NCBI GenBank assembly: GCA_965228895.1
Contig: OZ245842.1
Span: 512,001 to 576,000, forward strand
Direction: 5' to 3'
Source of the DNA: Alphaproteobacteria bacterium
GTDB taxonomy: Bacteria > Pseudomonadota > Alphaproteobacteria > SP197
DNA length: 64,000 nucleotides
Shown: in pieces, positions 38,624-49,076 of the stretch
How positions within the stretch are numbered: the stretch's first letter is position 1
Layout: each line of letters opens with the position of its first letter
Notes under the pieces: generated by a model
Told to the model about the DNA's origin: nothing
Databases searched by the model: none
What the model saw: only the letters and a program-made list of their open reading frames with translations
Program-made: the position numbers and the translations under genes

Positions 38624-39760
38624 ATGGCTGAACGCGCGCTCCCTCTGGCCGGCCACAAGGTCATCGAGATCGGTTCCTCGGTGGCCGCACCCTATGCCGC
38701 CTGGATCCTGGGCATGCTGGGTGCTGACGTCGTCAAGGTCGAGAACCCGGAAGGGGGCGACGATGCCCGGCGTTGGGGACGTATGTTCCCCGACGGCCGC
38801 TCGTCGTTTTTCCTGGCGCTGAACGCCAACAAGAAGTCGGTCACGGTGGACCTCAAGAACGAGGCCGAACGGACATGGCTGGCTGATACCTGCGCGGGTG
38901 CCGATGTCGTGATCCAGAACATGCGCCCGGGCAAGGTGGCACAGTATGGGCTGGACGGTGTCACGCTGGTCGGACGCAATCCGGGACTGGTCTATTGCAA
39001 CCTCGGCGCCTTTGGCGCTGTCGGTCCCAACAAGGACAAGCCCGGTTACGACCCGCTGATGCAGGCCGCGGGCGGGATCATGAGCCTGACCGGTGAGCCC
39101 GACCGGCCGCCGGTGCGGGTCGGCGTGTCGATTGTCGATCAGGGCACGGGCATGTGGTGCGCCATCGGGATCCTGTCGGCCCTCTACCAGCGCAAGGATA
39201 CGGGCAGAGGCTGCCTCGTCGATGCCTCGCTCTATGAGACCGCCGTGGCGTGGACGACAAACCAGTCGGCCATGGTCCGGGTCGACGGGCGGAATCCTGA
39301 AAAGGCGGGTTCCGGCGCCCGCGGCATGGCGCCCTATCAGGCTTACGAATGCAGCGACGGCTGGCTGGTCGTGAGTGCGCCCAATGATCGCCTGTTCGAG
39401 CGCCTGTCGAACGCTTTGGGGCATACCGATTGGCCGTCGGACGAACGCTTCTCGTCCAACCAAAAACGCTACGCCAACCTCGCAGCGCTCAACGATCTGC
39501 TGATGCCGATCCTGGCCGGTGAAACGCGCGCGCACTGGATGAACGTCCTGGAGGCTGCGGGTGTTCCCTGCGCGCCGGTGCGCGAAATCACCGAGATGCT
39601 GGCCGACCCGCAGACCGAAGCGCTTGGTATCGTGCAACAGATGGCAGGCAGTTCGATGCCGCTGATGGGATTGCCGCTGAGTTTCGATGGTCAACGTCCG
39701 CCACAGCGGTCCGCGCCGCCCGATCTGGGTGAACACAACGACCTGAAGGAGACATCGTGA
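38624..39760 (+). CDS. CaiB/BaiF family III CoA-transferase
   Basis: LGADVVKVE, NANKKSVTVDLK, PGYDPLMQA. Confidence 0.9.
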   Translation: MAERALPLAGHKVIEIGSSVAAPYAAWILGMLGADVVKVENPEGGDDARRWGRMFPDGRSSFFLALNANKKSVTVDLKNEAERTWLADTCAGADVVIQNMRPGKVAQYGLDGVTLVGRNPGLVYCNLGAFGAVGPNKDKPGYDPLMQAAGGIMSLTGEPDRPPVRVGVSIVDQGTGMWCAIGILSALYQRKDTGRGCLVDASLYETAVAWTTNQSAMVRVDGRNPEKAGSGARGMAPYQAYECSDGWLVVSAPNDRLFERLSNALGHTDWPSDERFSSNQKRYANLAALNDLLMPILAGETRAHWMNVLEAAGVPCAPVREITEMLADPQTEALGIVQQMAGSSMPLMGLPLSFDGQRPPQRSAPPDLGEHNDLKETS

Positions 39761-40551
39761 GAGACGATTTCGAAACCCTGAAGGTTGAACGGATCGACGA
39801 CCACATCCTTGTGGTCACGCTCAACCGGCCGGAAGTCCGCAACGCGACGAACACGCAGATGGGGCTGGAGAGGCTGGAGCTGTTCCAGGGACTCTACGTC
39901 GATCAGAAGGACGTACGCTGCGTGGTCCTGACGGGGGCAGGCGACAAGGCGTTCAGCGCTGGGGGCGATCTTAAGGAACGCAAGGGCATGTCGGATGCCG
40001 ACTGGCGCCGCCAGCATGCGATCTTTGAGCAGGGCGCGATCGCCCTAAAACAGTGTCCGGTCCCGGTGATCGCGGCGGTCAACGGTGCCGCCTATGGCGG
40101 CGGATGTGAGACCGTCCTGTCTTGCGACTTCGTTTATGCCGTGCGCGGCGCACGATTTGCCCTGACGGAAGTCACCATCGGCATTCTGCCGGGAACGATG
40201 GGAACCCAGCAGATGCCGCGCGCGGTGGGTGAACGCCGGGCCAAAGAAATCCTGATGACAGGCAGACCGTTCAGTGCTGAGGAAGCGCATGACTGGGGGC
40301 TGGTCAACAAGCTGTGCGAACCGGAATCGCTGATCGATGACACGCTGGAAACCGCACGCGTGATTGCCGGCAACGCGCCGCTTGCCGTGCAGCGCATCAA
40401 ACGCGCGGCGGGCGTGGCGGGCGAAATCGACATTTCCAGCGGTTTCCAGTTTGAGTTGGAAGCCTACAACCGCCTGGTTGGGACGGAAGACCGCCGCGAA
40501 GGTGTTCTGGCCTTCAACGAAAAACGCAAACCCCGCTTCAAGGGTCAGTGA
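39757..40551 (+). CDS. Enoyl-CoA hydratase/isomerase
   Basis: FSAGGDLKE, AAVNGAAYGGGCE, TEVTIG. Confidence 0.9.
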   Translation: MRDDFETLKVERIDDHILVVTLNRPEVRNATNTQMGLERLELFQGLYVDQKDVRCVVLTGAGDKAFSAGGDLKERKGMSDADWRRQHAIFEQGAIALKQCPVPVIAAVNGAAYGGGCETVLSCDFVYAVRGARFALTEVTIGILPGTMGTQQMPRAVGERRAKEILMTGRPFSAEEAHDWGLVNKLCEPESLIDDTLETARVIAGNAPLAVQRIKRAAGVAGEIDISSGFQFELEAYNRLVGTEDRREGVLAFNEKRKPRFKGQ

Positions 40552-40552
40552 T

Positions 40553-41497
40553 ATGAGCACCATCGATGTCATCGTGCAGGAAGTCGGCCCCCGTGACGGC
40601 CTGCAGAACGTCGCGCAGGTGATGCCGACCGAGGCCAAGCTGGCGTGGATCGGGGCGGTCGCCGAGGCCGGTGTGCCGCAGATCCAAGTCGGCAGTTTCG
40701 TGCCGCCCAAACTGATGCCGCAACTGGCCGATACGGCCGACGTGGTCCGCTGGACACGGGAAAACTGGCCGGATGTCGCCATGTCCGTGCTGGTGCCGAA
40801 CCTGAAGGGGGCGGAGCTGGCGTTGCCGCACCGGCCTGACCAGATCGCTTTTGTCATGTCCGCTTCGGCCGCCCACAACGAACGCAATGTCCGCCGCTCA
40901 GTCGAGGAATCGCTGGCAGACTTTCGTCGCATCGTCGCCCATCGCGATGCCGTCGATCCCGAACGACGGACCATCGTTTCCGGCGGTATCGCCACCGCCT
41001 TCGGCTGCACAATTCAAGGTGAGGTGCCGGAAGCCGAAGTCCTTCGCTTGGCTCAGGCCCTGGCAGAAGCTGGGGCGGACAGGATCGGCATCGCTGACAC
41101 GGTGGGCTACGGCAACCCCGAACAGGTTCGACGAATCTTCACGGCGGTCCGCGACGTGGTCGGACCCGACGTCAGGCTTGGCGCACATTTTCACGACACA
41201 CGCGGCCTGGGATTGGCGAACGTCTACGCCGCGTTGGAAGCCGGTGTGCGCCAGTTCGATGGCGGCATGGGCGGATTGGGTGGCTGCCCCCATGCGCCGG
41301 GCGCCACGGGAAACATCGTGACGGAGGATCTTGTCTTCATGCTCGAATCCATGGGGCTGAAGACCGGGATCGACCTGGACAGACTGGTCGCGGCCCGTGG
41401 CGTCATGGAGCGCAACCTGCCGGGCGAACCAACCTTCGGCACGTTCGTGAAGGTCGGGGTGCCGAAGGGTTTTATTCCCGCCAGCAGGGTGGCCTGA
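40553..41497 (+). CDS. HMG-CoA lyase family (DRE-TIM)
   Basis: EVGPRDGLQ, HFHDTRG, GGLGGCPHAPGATGN. Confidence 0.9.
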   Translation: MSTIDVIVQEVGPRDGLQNVAQVMPTEAKLAWIGAVAEAGVPQIQVGSFVPPKLMPQLADTADVVRWTRENWPDVAMSVLVPNLKGAELALPHRPDQIAFVMSASAAHNERNVRRSVEESLADFRRIVAHRDAVDPERRTIVSGGIATAFGCTIQGEVPEAEVLRLAQALAEAGADRIGIADTVGYGNPEQVRRIFTAVRDVVGPDVRLGAHFHDTRGLGLANVYAALEAGVRQFDGGMGGLGGCPHAPGATGNIVTEDLVFMLESMGLKTGIDLDRLVAARGVMERNLPGEPTFGTFVKVGVPKGFIPASRVA

Positions 41498-41498
41498 G

Positions 41499-42677
41499 AT
41501 GACCGTCATGGTCGAAGCCGGTGAGGATTACGCCGACCTGCGCGAACAAGTCACGCGCCTTTGCGCGGGTTTCCCAGGCGAATACTGGCGCGGTCTGGAA
41601 GACGAACCGGTCGAGAGCAGCTATCCCACGGCCTTTATCGAAGCGATGACCCAAGCAGGATATCTCGCGGCCCTGATCCCCGAAGAGTATGGCGGATCCG
41701 GCCTGCCGTTGCGCGCCGGCTCGGTCATTCTGGAGACCGTCAACCGCTGCGGCGGCAGTGCGGCTGCCGGACACGCCCAGATGTACACCATGGGCACCGT
41801 GCTGCGGCACGGCAGCGACGAACAGAAGCAGCGTTACCTCCCCGCCATCGCCAAGGGCGAACTGCGCCTACAGGCCTTTGGCGTGACAGAGCCGACATCG
41901 GGTTCGGACACGACCCAGATCCGCACCCGGGCCGAACGGACCAACGAAGGCTACGTGATCAACGGCCAGAAGGTCTGGACCAGCCGGGCGCTCCATTCCG
42001 ATCTCATGTTGTTGATCGCGCGCACGACGCCGCTGGCCGATGTCGAGAAACGCCATCAGGGCATCTCGACCTTCCTGATCGACCTGCAGGAGGCCAGGAA
42101 GAACGGCTGCACGATCCGGCCGATCGACGCGATGATCAACCACAACACCACCGAGGTCTTCTTTGACAACGTCGTGGTGCCCCATGACGCGCTGATCGGC
42201 GAGGAAGGCAAAGGTTTTCGTTACATCCTGGACGGCATGAATGCCGAGCGCTGTCTGACAGCCGCCGAAGCCATTGGAAACGGCCACTACTTCGTCGAGA
42301 AGGCCGTGGCCTACGGCAACGAGCGGGTCGTCTTTAACCGGCCCATCGGTCAGAACCAGGGCATCCAGTTTCCCATCGCCCAGGCCTATGCCCAGCTTGA
42401 GGCGGCCGATCTGATGGTGCGCAAGGCGACCGCGCTGTTCGAGGCGGGCGAGCCTTGCGGTGCGGAAGCCAACATGGCGCGCCTGCTTTCCGGTGAAGCC
42501 TCGTGGGCCTGTGCCGAAGCCTGCTTCACGACCCATGGCGGCTTCGCCTTTGCCCGGGAGTACGACATCGAACGCAAGTGGCGCGAGACCCGCCTGGCGC
42601 GTGTCGCGCCGATCTCGCCCAATCTCATCCTCAGCTTCATTGCCCAACATGTCCTCGGCCTCCCCAAATCCTACTGA
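41499..42677 (+). CDS. Acyl-CoA dehydrogenase
   Basis: IPEEYGGSG, FGVTEPTSGSD, NGQKVWTS, THGGFAF. Confidence 0.92.
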   Translation: MTVMVEAGEDYADLREQVTRLCAGFPGEYWRGLEDEPVESSYPTAFIEAMTQAGYLAALIPEEYGGSGLPLRAGSVILETVNRCGGSAAAGHAQMYTMGTVLRHGSDEQKQRYLPAIAKGELRLQAFGVTEPTSGSDTTQIRTRAERTNEGYVINGQKVWTSRALHSDLMLLIARTTPLADVEKRHQGISTFLIDLQEARKNGCTIRPIDAMINHNTTEVFFDNVVVPHDALIGEEGKGFRYILDGMNAERCLTAAEAIGNGHYFVEKAVAYGNERVVFNRPIGQNQGIQFPIAQAYAQLEAADLMVRKATALFEAGEPCGAEANMARLLSGEASWACAEACFTTHGGFAFAREYDIERKWRETRLARVAPISPNLILSFIAQHVLGLPKSY

Positions 42678-44037
42678 GATCGCACCGTTGGCCGAAGGCG
42701 CTGGGGTCACCCGTGCGCTTGCCCGCTGGGTCGTCGACGTCGAGCGTGACGCGATCAGCGAACGCGCGTTGCGTTGCGCCAGCCATGCGCTCCTCGACTG
42801 GGTCGGGGTCACGCTCGCAGGACAGGCGGAACCACTCGTGGACATCCTGGTGCGCGACGCCGAGCGTAACGGCGAGCAGGGTGTCGCCCGTCTTATCGGA
42901 CGCCGTGCCGATGTTTCGCCGGCCTTTGCCGCACTGATCAACGGTGCGGCTTCCCATGCGCTCGACTTCGATGATGTCAATCAGCGTGTTCAGGGCCATC
43001 CCACCGTGGCGATTGTCCCGGCGCTCTTGGCGGCCGCGCCAGCTTGCGGGGCGACGGGCGCTGACCTTCTTGAGGGTATGGTGGTTGGGACTGAAGTCGC
43101 CTGCGCCGTGGGCGAGATGCTGGGGACGCCGCATTACGACCTCGGTTTTCATGCCACGGCCACGGTCGGAAGTTTGAGCGCAGCGACGGCTGTCGCAAGA
43201 CTGATGCGTCTGGACGAAGTCCAGACGGCAACCGCGTTGGGGCTTGCCGCGACGCAGGCAGCCGGTTTGAAGGCGAACTTCGGCACCATGGCCAAGCCGC
43301 TTCACGCCGGTAAGGCCGCGATGAATGGTTTGCTTGCGGCGCGCTGGGCTGGCGCGGGGCTCACTGCTTCGACGACAATTCTTGAAGCCGTACAGGGATT
43401 TGGCGCGGTCATGTCGACCGGCTTCAACGCCGATTTCTCGCCACCGTCGGATCAGTACGGTATCGAGCTCAACTGCTACAAGTTCTATCCAGCCTGTTAC
43501 TTCACCCACTCGGCCATCGCGGCGACCTGCGCCTTACGTGACGAACACGCGTTGTCTCCAGACGATATCGACAACGTTGTGGTTCATCTGCAGCCCCAGC
43601 ACGACAAGGTCTGTAATATTGCCGAGCCGAAGGACGGGCTGGGCATCAAGTTTTCCGTGCGCCATCTGGTGGCGATGGCCCTTGCGCGGGTCGAGGTCGG
43701 CGATATCCGCGTGTTCACCGAAGAGATGGCCGAACGTCCCGACCTCATTGCCTTGCGTGAACGGATCGCCTTCGCGGCTGCGTCGGTTCCGACCCGGTGG
43801 GCGGCGCGGGTCGAGATCCAATGTCGCGATGGACGCCGGCTCGCAAGCGATGAGGACGTGGGCATTCCTGCCGACGATCTCGATCGTCAGGAGGCGCGGC
43901 TGCTCGCCAAGTTCCTCGCTCTATCGGCGCCGAAGCTCGGAGAACAACGCAGTCATGCGCTAGCGGATTTTGTTCTTGGCATGGGCTCAGCCGCCGACAT
44001 GACCGGCCTGTTCAATGCCGCAAGTCCCGGCGACTGA
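42649..44037 (+). CDS. MmgE/PrpD family protein
   Basis: SHALDFDD, GHP, GFHAT, KPLHAG, KFYPAC. Start uncertain (42649 ATG or 42688 TTG). Confidence 0.87.
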   Translation: MSSASPNPTEIAPLAEGAGVTRALARWVVDVERDAISERALRCASHALLDWVGVTLAGQAEPLVDILVRDAERNGEQGVARLIGRRADVSPAFAALINGAASHALDFDDVNQRVQGHPTVAIVPALLAAAPACGATGADLLEGMVVGTEVACAVGEMLGTPHYDLGFHATATVGSLSAATAVARLMRLDEVQTATALGLAATQAAGLKANFGTMAKPLHAGKAAMNGLLAARWAGAGLTASTTILEAVQGFGAVMSTGFNADFSPPSDQYGIELNCYKFYPACYFTHSAIAATCALRDEHALSPDDIDNVVVHLQPQHDKVCNIAEPKDGLGIKFSVRHLVAMALARVEVGDIRVFTEEMAERPDLIALRERIAFAAASVPTRWAARVEIQCRDGRRLASDEDVGIPADDLDRQEARLLAKFLALSAPKLGEQRSHALADFVLGMGSAADMTGLFNAASPGD

Positions 44038-44050
44038 GGACGCAGCGGCC

Positions 44051-45529
44051 ATGAAAGACTACAGGATGTTCATCGGCGGGCACTGGTGTGATTCGGCATC
44101 GGAGTCATGGATCGACAGTGAGTTTCCCTACACAAGGGAACCGTGGTGCCGGATACCACGAGGCATTGCCGAGGACGCCAAGGCTGCCGTCGACGCTGCT
44201 GATGCCGCGTTCGACAATCCGGCGTGGCGTGATCTGCAGCCGGCGGGGCGCGCCAAACTGCTGTTTCGTCTTGCCGATCTGCTGGAAGCACGGGCCGATG
44301 AACTTGCGGAAGTCGAGAGCCGCGACAACGGCAAACGGATCGTCGAGACACGCGGACAGGCCCGGCGTCTGCCCGACTGGTACCGCTATTTTGGTGGTCT
44401 GGCCGATAAGATCGAGGGCGGTGTGGTGCCCAATGGCAGTCCCGACGTCCTGAACCTTACCCTGCGCGAGCCGTTGGGTGTGGTCGTCGCGATCACGCCC
44501 TGGAACTCGCCCCTCTTGCTCGCAGCGTGGAAGCTGGCACCCGCCCTTGCCGCAGGCTGTACCGTGATCCTGAAACCTTCCGAATACACGTCCGCCTCGT
44601 CCCTGGAACTGGCGGCGCTTTTCGAGGAAGCCGGCTTTCCGCCTGGCGTCGTGAATGTGGTGACCGGTTTCGGTCATGAGATCGGCGAGGCGCTCGTTGG
44701 TGATCCCCGGATCGCCAAGGTTTCGTTCACCGGGGGCGAGGCGGGGGGCCGGGCGGTCTACAAGCTCGCCGCCGAACACTTCCACGCTGTATCGCTGGAA
44801 CTGGGCGGCAAATCGCCCAACATCGTCTTCCAGGACGCCGAGATCGGCAACGCGGTGAACGGGATTACCGGCGGGATCTTTGCCGCGACGGGTCAGACCT
44901 GCATTGCCGGTTCCAGGCTGCTGGTGCATCGCTCGATCCATGACGAGGTTGTCGCGGGCGTTGTCGACGCTTCGGCATCGGTGCGCTGTGGCGACCCACT
45001 GGATGCCGCCACCCAAATGGGCCCCGTGGCGACCGGAGCACAGTTCGACAAGATCCTCGGCCACATCACAGCGGCCAGGTCAGAGGGTGCGACCTGTGTT
45101 CTGGGTGGTGAACCTGCGACCGGAGGCGCATGCGGCAACGGGCTTTTCATCCCGCCGACAATTTTCACCGATGTCACCAACACCATGGCGCTTGCCCGCG
45201 AAGAGGTGTTTGGACCGGTTCTGGCCGTCATCGGGTTCGACGATGACGAGGAGGCGATCGCCATCGCGAATGACACCGACTACGGCCTTGCTGCAGGCGT
45301 CTGGACCACCAGCATGCGCCGCGCCGTGCGCGTCAGCCGCCAACTGAAGGCCGGCACCATCTGGGTCAATACCTATCGCCAGGTCTCCCACGCCTCGCCG
45401 TTTGGCGGCTACAAGCGAAGCGGCATCGGACGCGAGAATGGTGTCGAGGCGATCAACGAATTCCTCCAGACCAAATGCGTCTGGTTCAACACGGGCGAAA
45501 CCGTGCCCAATACCTTCGATATGCGCTGA
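44051..45529 (+). CDS. Aldehyde dehydrogenase
   Basis: PWNSP, LELGGKSP, GQTCIAGSR, EEVFGP. Confidence 0.92.
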   Translation: MKDYRMFIGGHWCDSASESWIDSEFPYTREPWCRIPRGIAEDAKAAVDAADAAFDNPAWRDLQPAGRAKLLFRLADLLEARADELAEVESRDNGKRIVETRGQARRLPDWYRYFGGLADKIEGGVVPNGSPDVLNLTLREPLGVVVAITPWNSPLLLAAWKLAPALAAGCTVILKPSEYTSASSLELAALFEEAGFPPGVVNVVTGFGHEIGEALVGDPRIAKVSFTGGEAGGRAVYKLAAEHFHAVSLELGGKSPNIVFQDAEIGNAVNGITGGIFAATGQTCIAGSRLLVHRSIHDEVVAGVVDASASVRCGDPLDAATQMGPVATGAQFDKILGHITAARSEGATCVLGGEPATGGACGNGLFIPPTIFTDVTNTMALAREEVFGPVLAVIGFDDDEEAIAIANDTDYGLAAGVWTTSMRRAVRVSRQLKAGTIWVNTYRQVSHASPFGGYKRSGIGRENGVEAINEFLQTKCVWFNTGETVPNTFDMR

Positions 45530-45531
45530 GG

Positions 45532-46521
45532 ATGGAAAGTCTGTTCGTTCTCAGCGCCGCCGACATTGCGCAACTTGAGCTTGCGCCCGATGCCGTCATA
45601 GGGGCTGTGGAGGCGGGACTGATTGCACAGGCGAGCGGCGATGCCGTTGCGGCGCCGACTGTCAGCTATCTTCCCGATCCCGCCCGAAGCGGCCTGCACT
45701 CTGCGATCCGCGGCGCGTTGCCAGGGGACAATCTTGCCGTGCTCAAGGCGGTGGGGACATATCCCGACAACGCGGCGCGCGGACTAACCACCAATCCCGG
45801 GATACTGATCCTGTTCGCCAGTGACACCGGTCTGCCAATTGCCTTGCTCGATGCATCGTGGCTGACGACCCTGCGAACTGCGGCAGTTACAGCGTCGGGC
45901 ATCCGTGCATTGGCGCGACCGGACGCGCGCGTGCTGGCTTGCATCGGAACCCGCGGCATTGCTGTCGAGGCGGTGCGTCTCGTGGCCGGCATGTTGGCGC
46001 TCCAAGAGGTTCGTATCCATGGGCGAGATCCGCAAACCTGCCGGGCTTCGGCTGCAAGTCTTTCGTCCGATCTTGGTGTTGCCGTGCGCGCGACAGCGTC
46101 ATGGCATGAATGCCTGGACGGCGCCGATATCATGATCGAAGGCGCAAGCCTCGATCGTCACCGCACGCTCTTTCCCCTTGAGACGATCGTCGAGGGGACC
46201 ACCTTGGCGGCCTTCGGTGCGTTCAGTTCCTTTCCCGACGGCCTTCCCGCCCGTATCGACCGACTGATTATGGACCGATGGGTCGATGGTGACAGCGGCG
46301 CACTGGGCCCCCATGTCGCGCGCGGCCAGATTAGCGAGGGTTCTGTCGATGGCTATATCGGGGACGTGCTTGCCGGTCAGATAGCAGGGCGCCGCGATGC
46401 GGGCGAGCGCATCCTGTTCTGGCACCGCGGAGTCGCAGCCTGCGATATCTTGTTGGCCGAGGCCATGATCGACGCTGCGCGCAAGAACGGCTTGGGCCAA
46501 ACCGTTCCGTTCCACGCCTGA
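45532..46521 (+). CDS. Ornithine cyclodeaminase/mu-crystallin family (imine reductase-like)
   Basis: YPDNAARGL, LTTLRTAAVTA, GVAACD. Confidence 0.82.
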   Translation: MESLFVLSAADIAQLELAPDAVIGAVEAGLIAQASGDAVAAPTVSYLPDPARSGLHSAIRGALPGDNLAVLKAVGTYPDNAARGLTTNPGILILFASDTGLPIALLDASWLTTLRTAAVTASGIRALARPDARVLACIGTRGIAVEAVRLVAGMLALQEVRIHGRDPQTCRASAASLSSDLGVAVRATASWHECLDGADIMIEGASLDRHRTLFPLETIVEGTTLAAFGAFSSFPDGLPARIDRLIMDRWVDGDSGALGPHVARGQISEGSVDGYIGDVLAGQIAGRRDAGERILFWHRGVAACDILLAEAMIDAARKNGLGQTVPFHA

Positions 46522-46544
46522 AATGTCTGCCTGAGGAGAAGAAC

Positions 46545-46751
46545 ATGCCACTGCTGACAATTGCCCTCGTCGAAGGGCGGTCCAAGGCCGAGAAGGATGC
46601 GCTGTCGCGCCGGATTTGCGAGGCCATGAACGAAGAAATGGGCGTTCCGCCCGAGGCAATCTGGATCAAGTACGAGGATGTTTCCGCCGACGAGTGGTAT
46701 GTCGGCCCCGACAGCATCGCCGACCGCAAGAAAGCGCGGGGCGGGCGCTGA
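46545..46751 (+). CDS. 4-oxalocrotonate tautomerase family
   Basis: N-terminal Pro (MPLLTI), GRS..K, WYVG; GAGGAG RBS. Confidence 0.85.
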   Translation: MPLLTIALVEGRSKAEKDALSRRICEAMNEEMGVPPEAIWIKYEDVSADEWYVGPDSIADRKKARGGR

Positions 46752-46754
46752 CCC

Positions 46755-48095
46755 ATGAACGAACCGCCTCCGGTTGATCAAGAAACGGATCGGGTCATCC
46801 CCGCGGTCACACCCGAAGAGCGGCTCTACAGGATCGTCGAGGACGGCCTTTGTATCGGCTGTGGTCTGTGCGAGAGCATTGCCGGTCGGGACAGTGTGCG
46901 GGTGACGACCGTCGAAAACGGCTACCAGCGCCCGGTTGTCGAAGGCCCGCTCGATCAGGAAACTGTCGATCGCATTTATGACACCTGCCCCGGGCTCCGC
47001 CTTGATACGCTGCCTGGCAGGCTGCTCGACGACGATACGGTGATCGACCCTGTCTGGGGCCCGTTCAAACGCATGTTCAGCGGATATGCAAGCGACGATG
47101 CGGTACGCGTGCCGGCCGCCAGCGGCGGTGTGCTGACGGCGCTTTGCAACTTCCTGGTCGAGGATGGCCGTGTTGCCTTCATCCATCACGCACGACCGGC
47201 TGAGGAGGATGCGACGTTCGGCGTCGCGCATATCAGTTCAGACGTTGCGGGGATTGCCGCCGGTACAGGATCGATTTATGGCCCGTCGCCAGTGCTTGCC
47301 AACATTCGCGGTGTGCTCGACAGGGGCGAGACCTTCGCCTTCGTGGGAAAGCCCTGTGATATCTCCGCGTTGCGCAACTATGCGCATTTTGACAACAGGG
47401 TCGATGCGCTGGTGCGCTACTGGTTGACGCCGGTCTGTGGTGGCATCGTGCCACCACCCCAGATGGATACGTTCCTCGCTAAGCGCGACCTCGACCGCGC
47501 CGATCTCGCCTGGTTCAAGTACCGGGGTGACGGTTGTCCCGGTGACGTGGAGTTTCTGTCGCAGGATGGCCGGCGCTTCACGGCCAACATGTACGAACCC
47601 TATGGCGGTTTCGACGAGGCAGACTGGCAACTCCCGTTCCGTTGCAAGGTCTGCCCTGACGGACCTGGAGAGGCAGCCGACATTGCAGCCGGTGACCAAT
47701 GGGTTGACGACATACCCGACTGGGAGGCCGCCAAGACGGACAAGGGATCGAACGCTGTGATCGTGCGGACCGCAGCAGGCATCGACCTCATCGATGCAGC
47801 GGTGAAAAGTGGTTACCTCACGGTCGACCACGAAGTAACGCCGCGTTTCTACGACACCTGCCAGCACCATCACGTTGTCAAGAAACAGGTCATGCGGTCG
47901 CGCTGGGACGGCATGCTGGCCGAGGGCAGGTTGTCCCCGAGGTCCCAGGGTTTGCGCTTGGACGACCACGCGCGAGCAAATCCAGCCGAAGTCAATGCGG
48001 CCCAGATGGCAGGAACGCGTCAACGTTTGAGGAACGGCCGCAACACCGAACGGAAACCACGTGCGCGCGACCGGATTGAGGCGTCGCAAAAATGA
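46755..48095 (+). CDS. FrhB/FdhB-like (F420 hydrogenase beta-subunit fold) FAD/Fe-S oxidoreductase
   Basis: CIGCGLC..CP, ASGGVLT, VGKPC, YRGDGCPG, RCKVCPD, ADIAAGD. Confidence 0.82.
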   Translation: MNEPPPVDQETDRVIPAVTPEERLYRIVEDGLCIGCGLCESIAGRDSVRVTTVENGYQRPVVEGPLDQETVDRIYDTCPGLRLDTLPGRLLDDDTVIDPVWGPFKRMFSGYASDDAVRVPAASGGVLTALCNFLVEDGRVAFIHHARPAEEDATFGVAHISSDVAGIAAGTGSIYGPSPVLANIRGVLDRGETFAFVGKPCDISALRNYAHFDNRVDALVRYWLTPVCGGIVPPPQMDTFLAKRDLDRADLAWFKYRGDGCPGDVEFLSQDGRRFTANMYEPYGGFDEADWQLPFRCKVCPDGPGEAADIAAGDQWVDDIPDWEAAKTDKGSNAVIVRTAAGIDLIDAAVKSGYLTVDHEVTPRFYDTCQHHHVVKKQVMRSRWDGMLAEGRLSPRSQGLRLDDHARANPAEVNAAQMAGTRQRLRNGRNTERKPRARDRIEASQK

Positions 48096-48156
48096 CCACC
48101 AAAACCTCTTTCCGGCAGCGCGGTAACGCGACGCATGCCGTGTGATGTAGCTGCCG

Positions 48157-49023
48157 ATGGAGACTGCCGTGACCACCTACAGGAAGCCCGAGCACTGGAA
48201 AGATCCGACCAAGAAGCTCTATCCACATCAGGTCATGTTCACCTGTCCGCCCAAGGATTTTTGTGGTGCGCCCACGGACTTCCTGCGTATGGCGCCCGAG
48301 ACCGTCGGCGTACACGGACGCATGATGCACGTGAACGATTACGAACACACGCTCGACCAGCGAAAGAAGAACTTCGCGTTGCTGGAAGAGTTCGTCGCGT
48401 GTTCCGCCGACGCGGGTGCTGATGTCTGCGGCCAGGTCGGCTCCAACTGGGTCCACGCCTCGGGTCTGGGGGTTGAGGGTATCCGGCAATTCTGCGAGCG
48501 GATGAGCGAAACATACGAGACGCCGTTTCACATGTCGGGCTACGCCATGGTGGAGGCCTTGCGCGCAGCGAACGTCGAGAAGGTCGCGTTGAACGCGGTC
48601 TATCACTGGCCGGACTGGTGGCAGGGTACGGTGGGATTTCTGCGCGAGGCCGGCTTTGACGTCGTGTGGGCCGGCAACTTCGTCGACCAGGGTTGGTTTG
48701 CGAGCCAGCACGAACTCGATGCTGAGATCTGGTGCTTCGATGAGGAACTTGCGGCGAAGTCGATGGCGTATGTCGCCGAACAGGCGCCCCAGGCCGACGC
48801 CTATCTCGCCAACGGTACGGCTCACTTTCGTCGCCCGTCCGATGGTGTCACCCAACGCTTCTGCGCTCTTGCACCCGACCTTGAGGTCATGCTGGGCAAA
48901 CCCGTCATCACCCACGACATCGCGCTCTATTGGCGCATCTTCAAGACGCTCGGCGTCGGTCCGGTGACCAGACAGGGACGGCTGCTGTCATCGCTTCAGG
49001 CCGTGCGCTCCTCGGCGGCCTGA
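48157..49023 (+). CDS. Maleate isomerase/arylmalonate decarboxylase (Asp/Glu racemase superfamily)-like protein
   Basis: AMVEALRAANVEKVAL, FLREAGFDVV, LEVMLGKPVITHD. Confidence 0.65.
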   Translation: METAVTTYRKPEHWKDPTKKLYPHQVMFTCPPKDFCGAPTDFLRMAPETVGVHGRMMHVNDYEHTLDQRKKNFALLEEFVACSADAGADVCGQVGSNWVHASGLGVEGIRQFCERMSETYETPFHMSGYAMVEALRAANVEKVALNAVYHWPDWWQGTVGFLREAGFDVVWAGNFVDQGWFASQHELDAEIWCFDEELAAKSMAYVAEQAPQADAYLANGTAHFRRPSDGVTQRFCALAPDLEVMLGKPVITHDIALYWRIFKTLGVGPVTRQGRLLSSLQAVRSSAA

Positions 49024-49076
49024 TGCCGTCGTGGTTCATCCACGAACCAAAGTAACGGCGGGCCTGGAGTAGGGGC

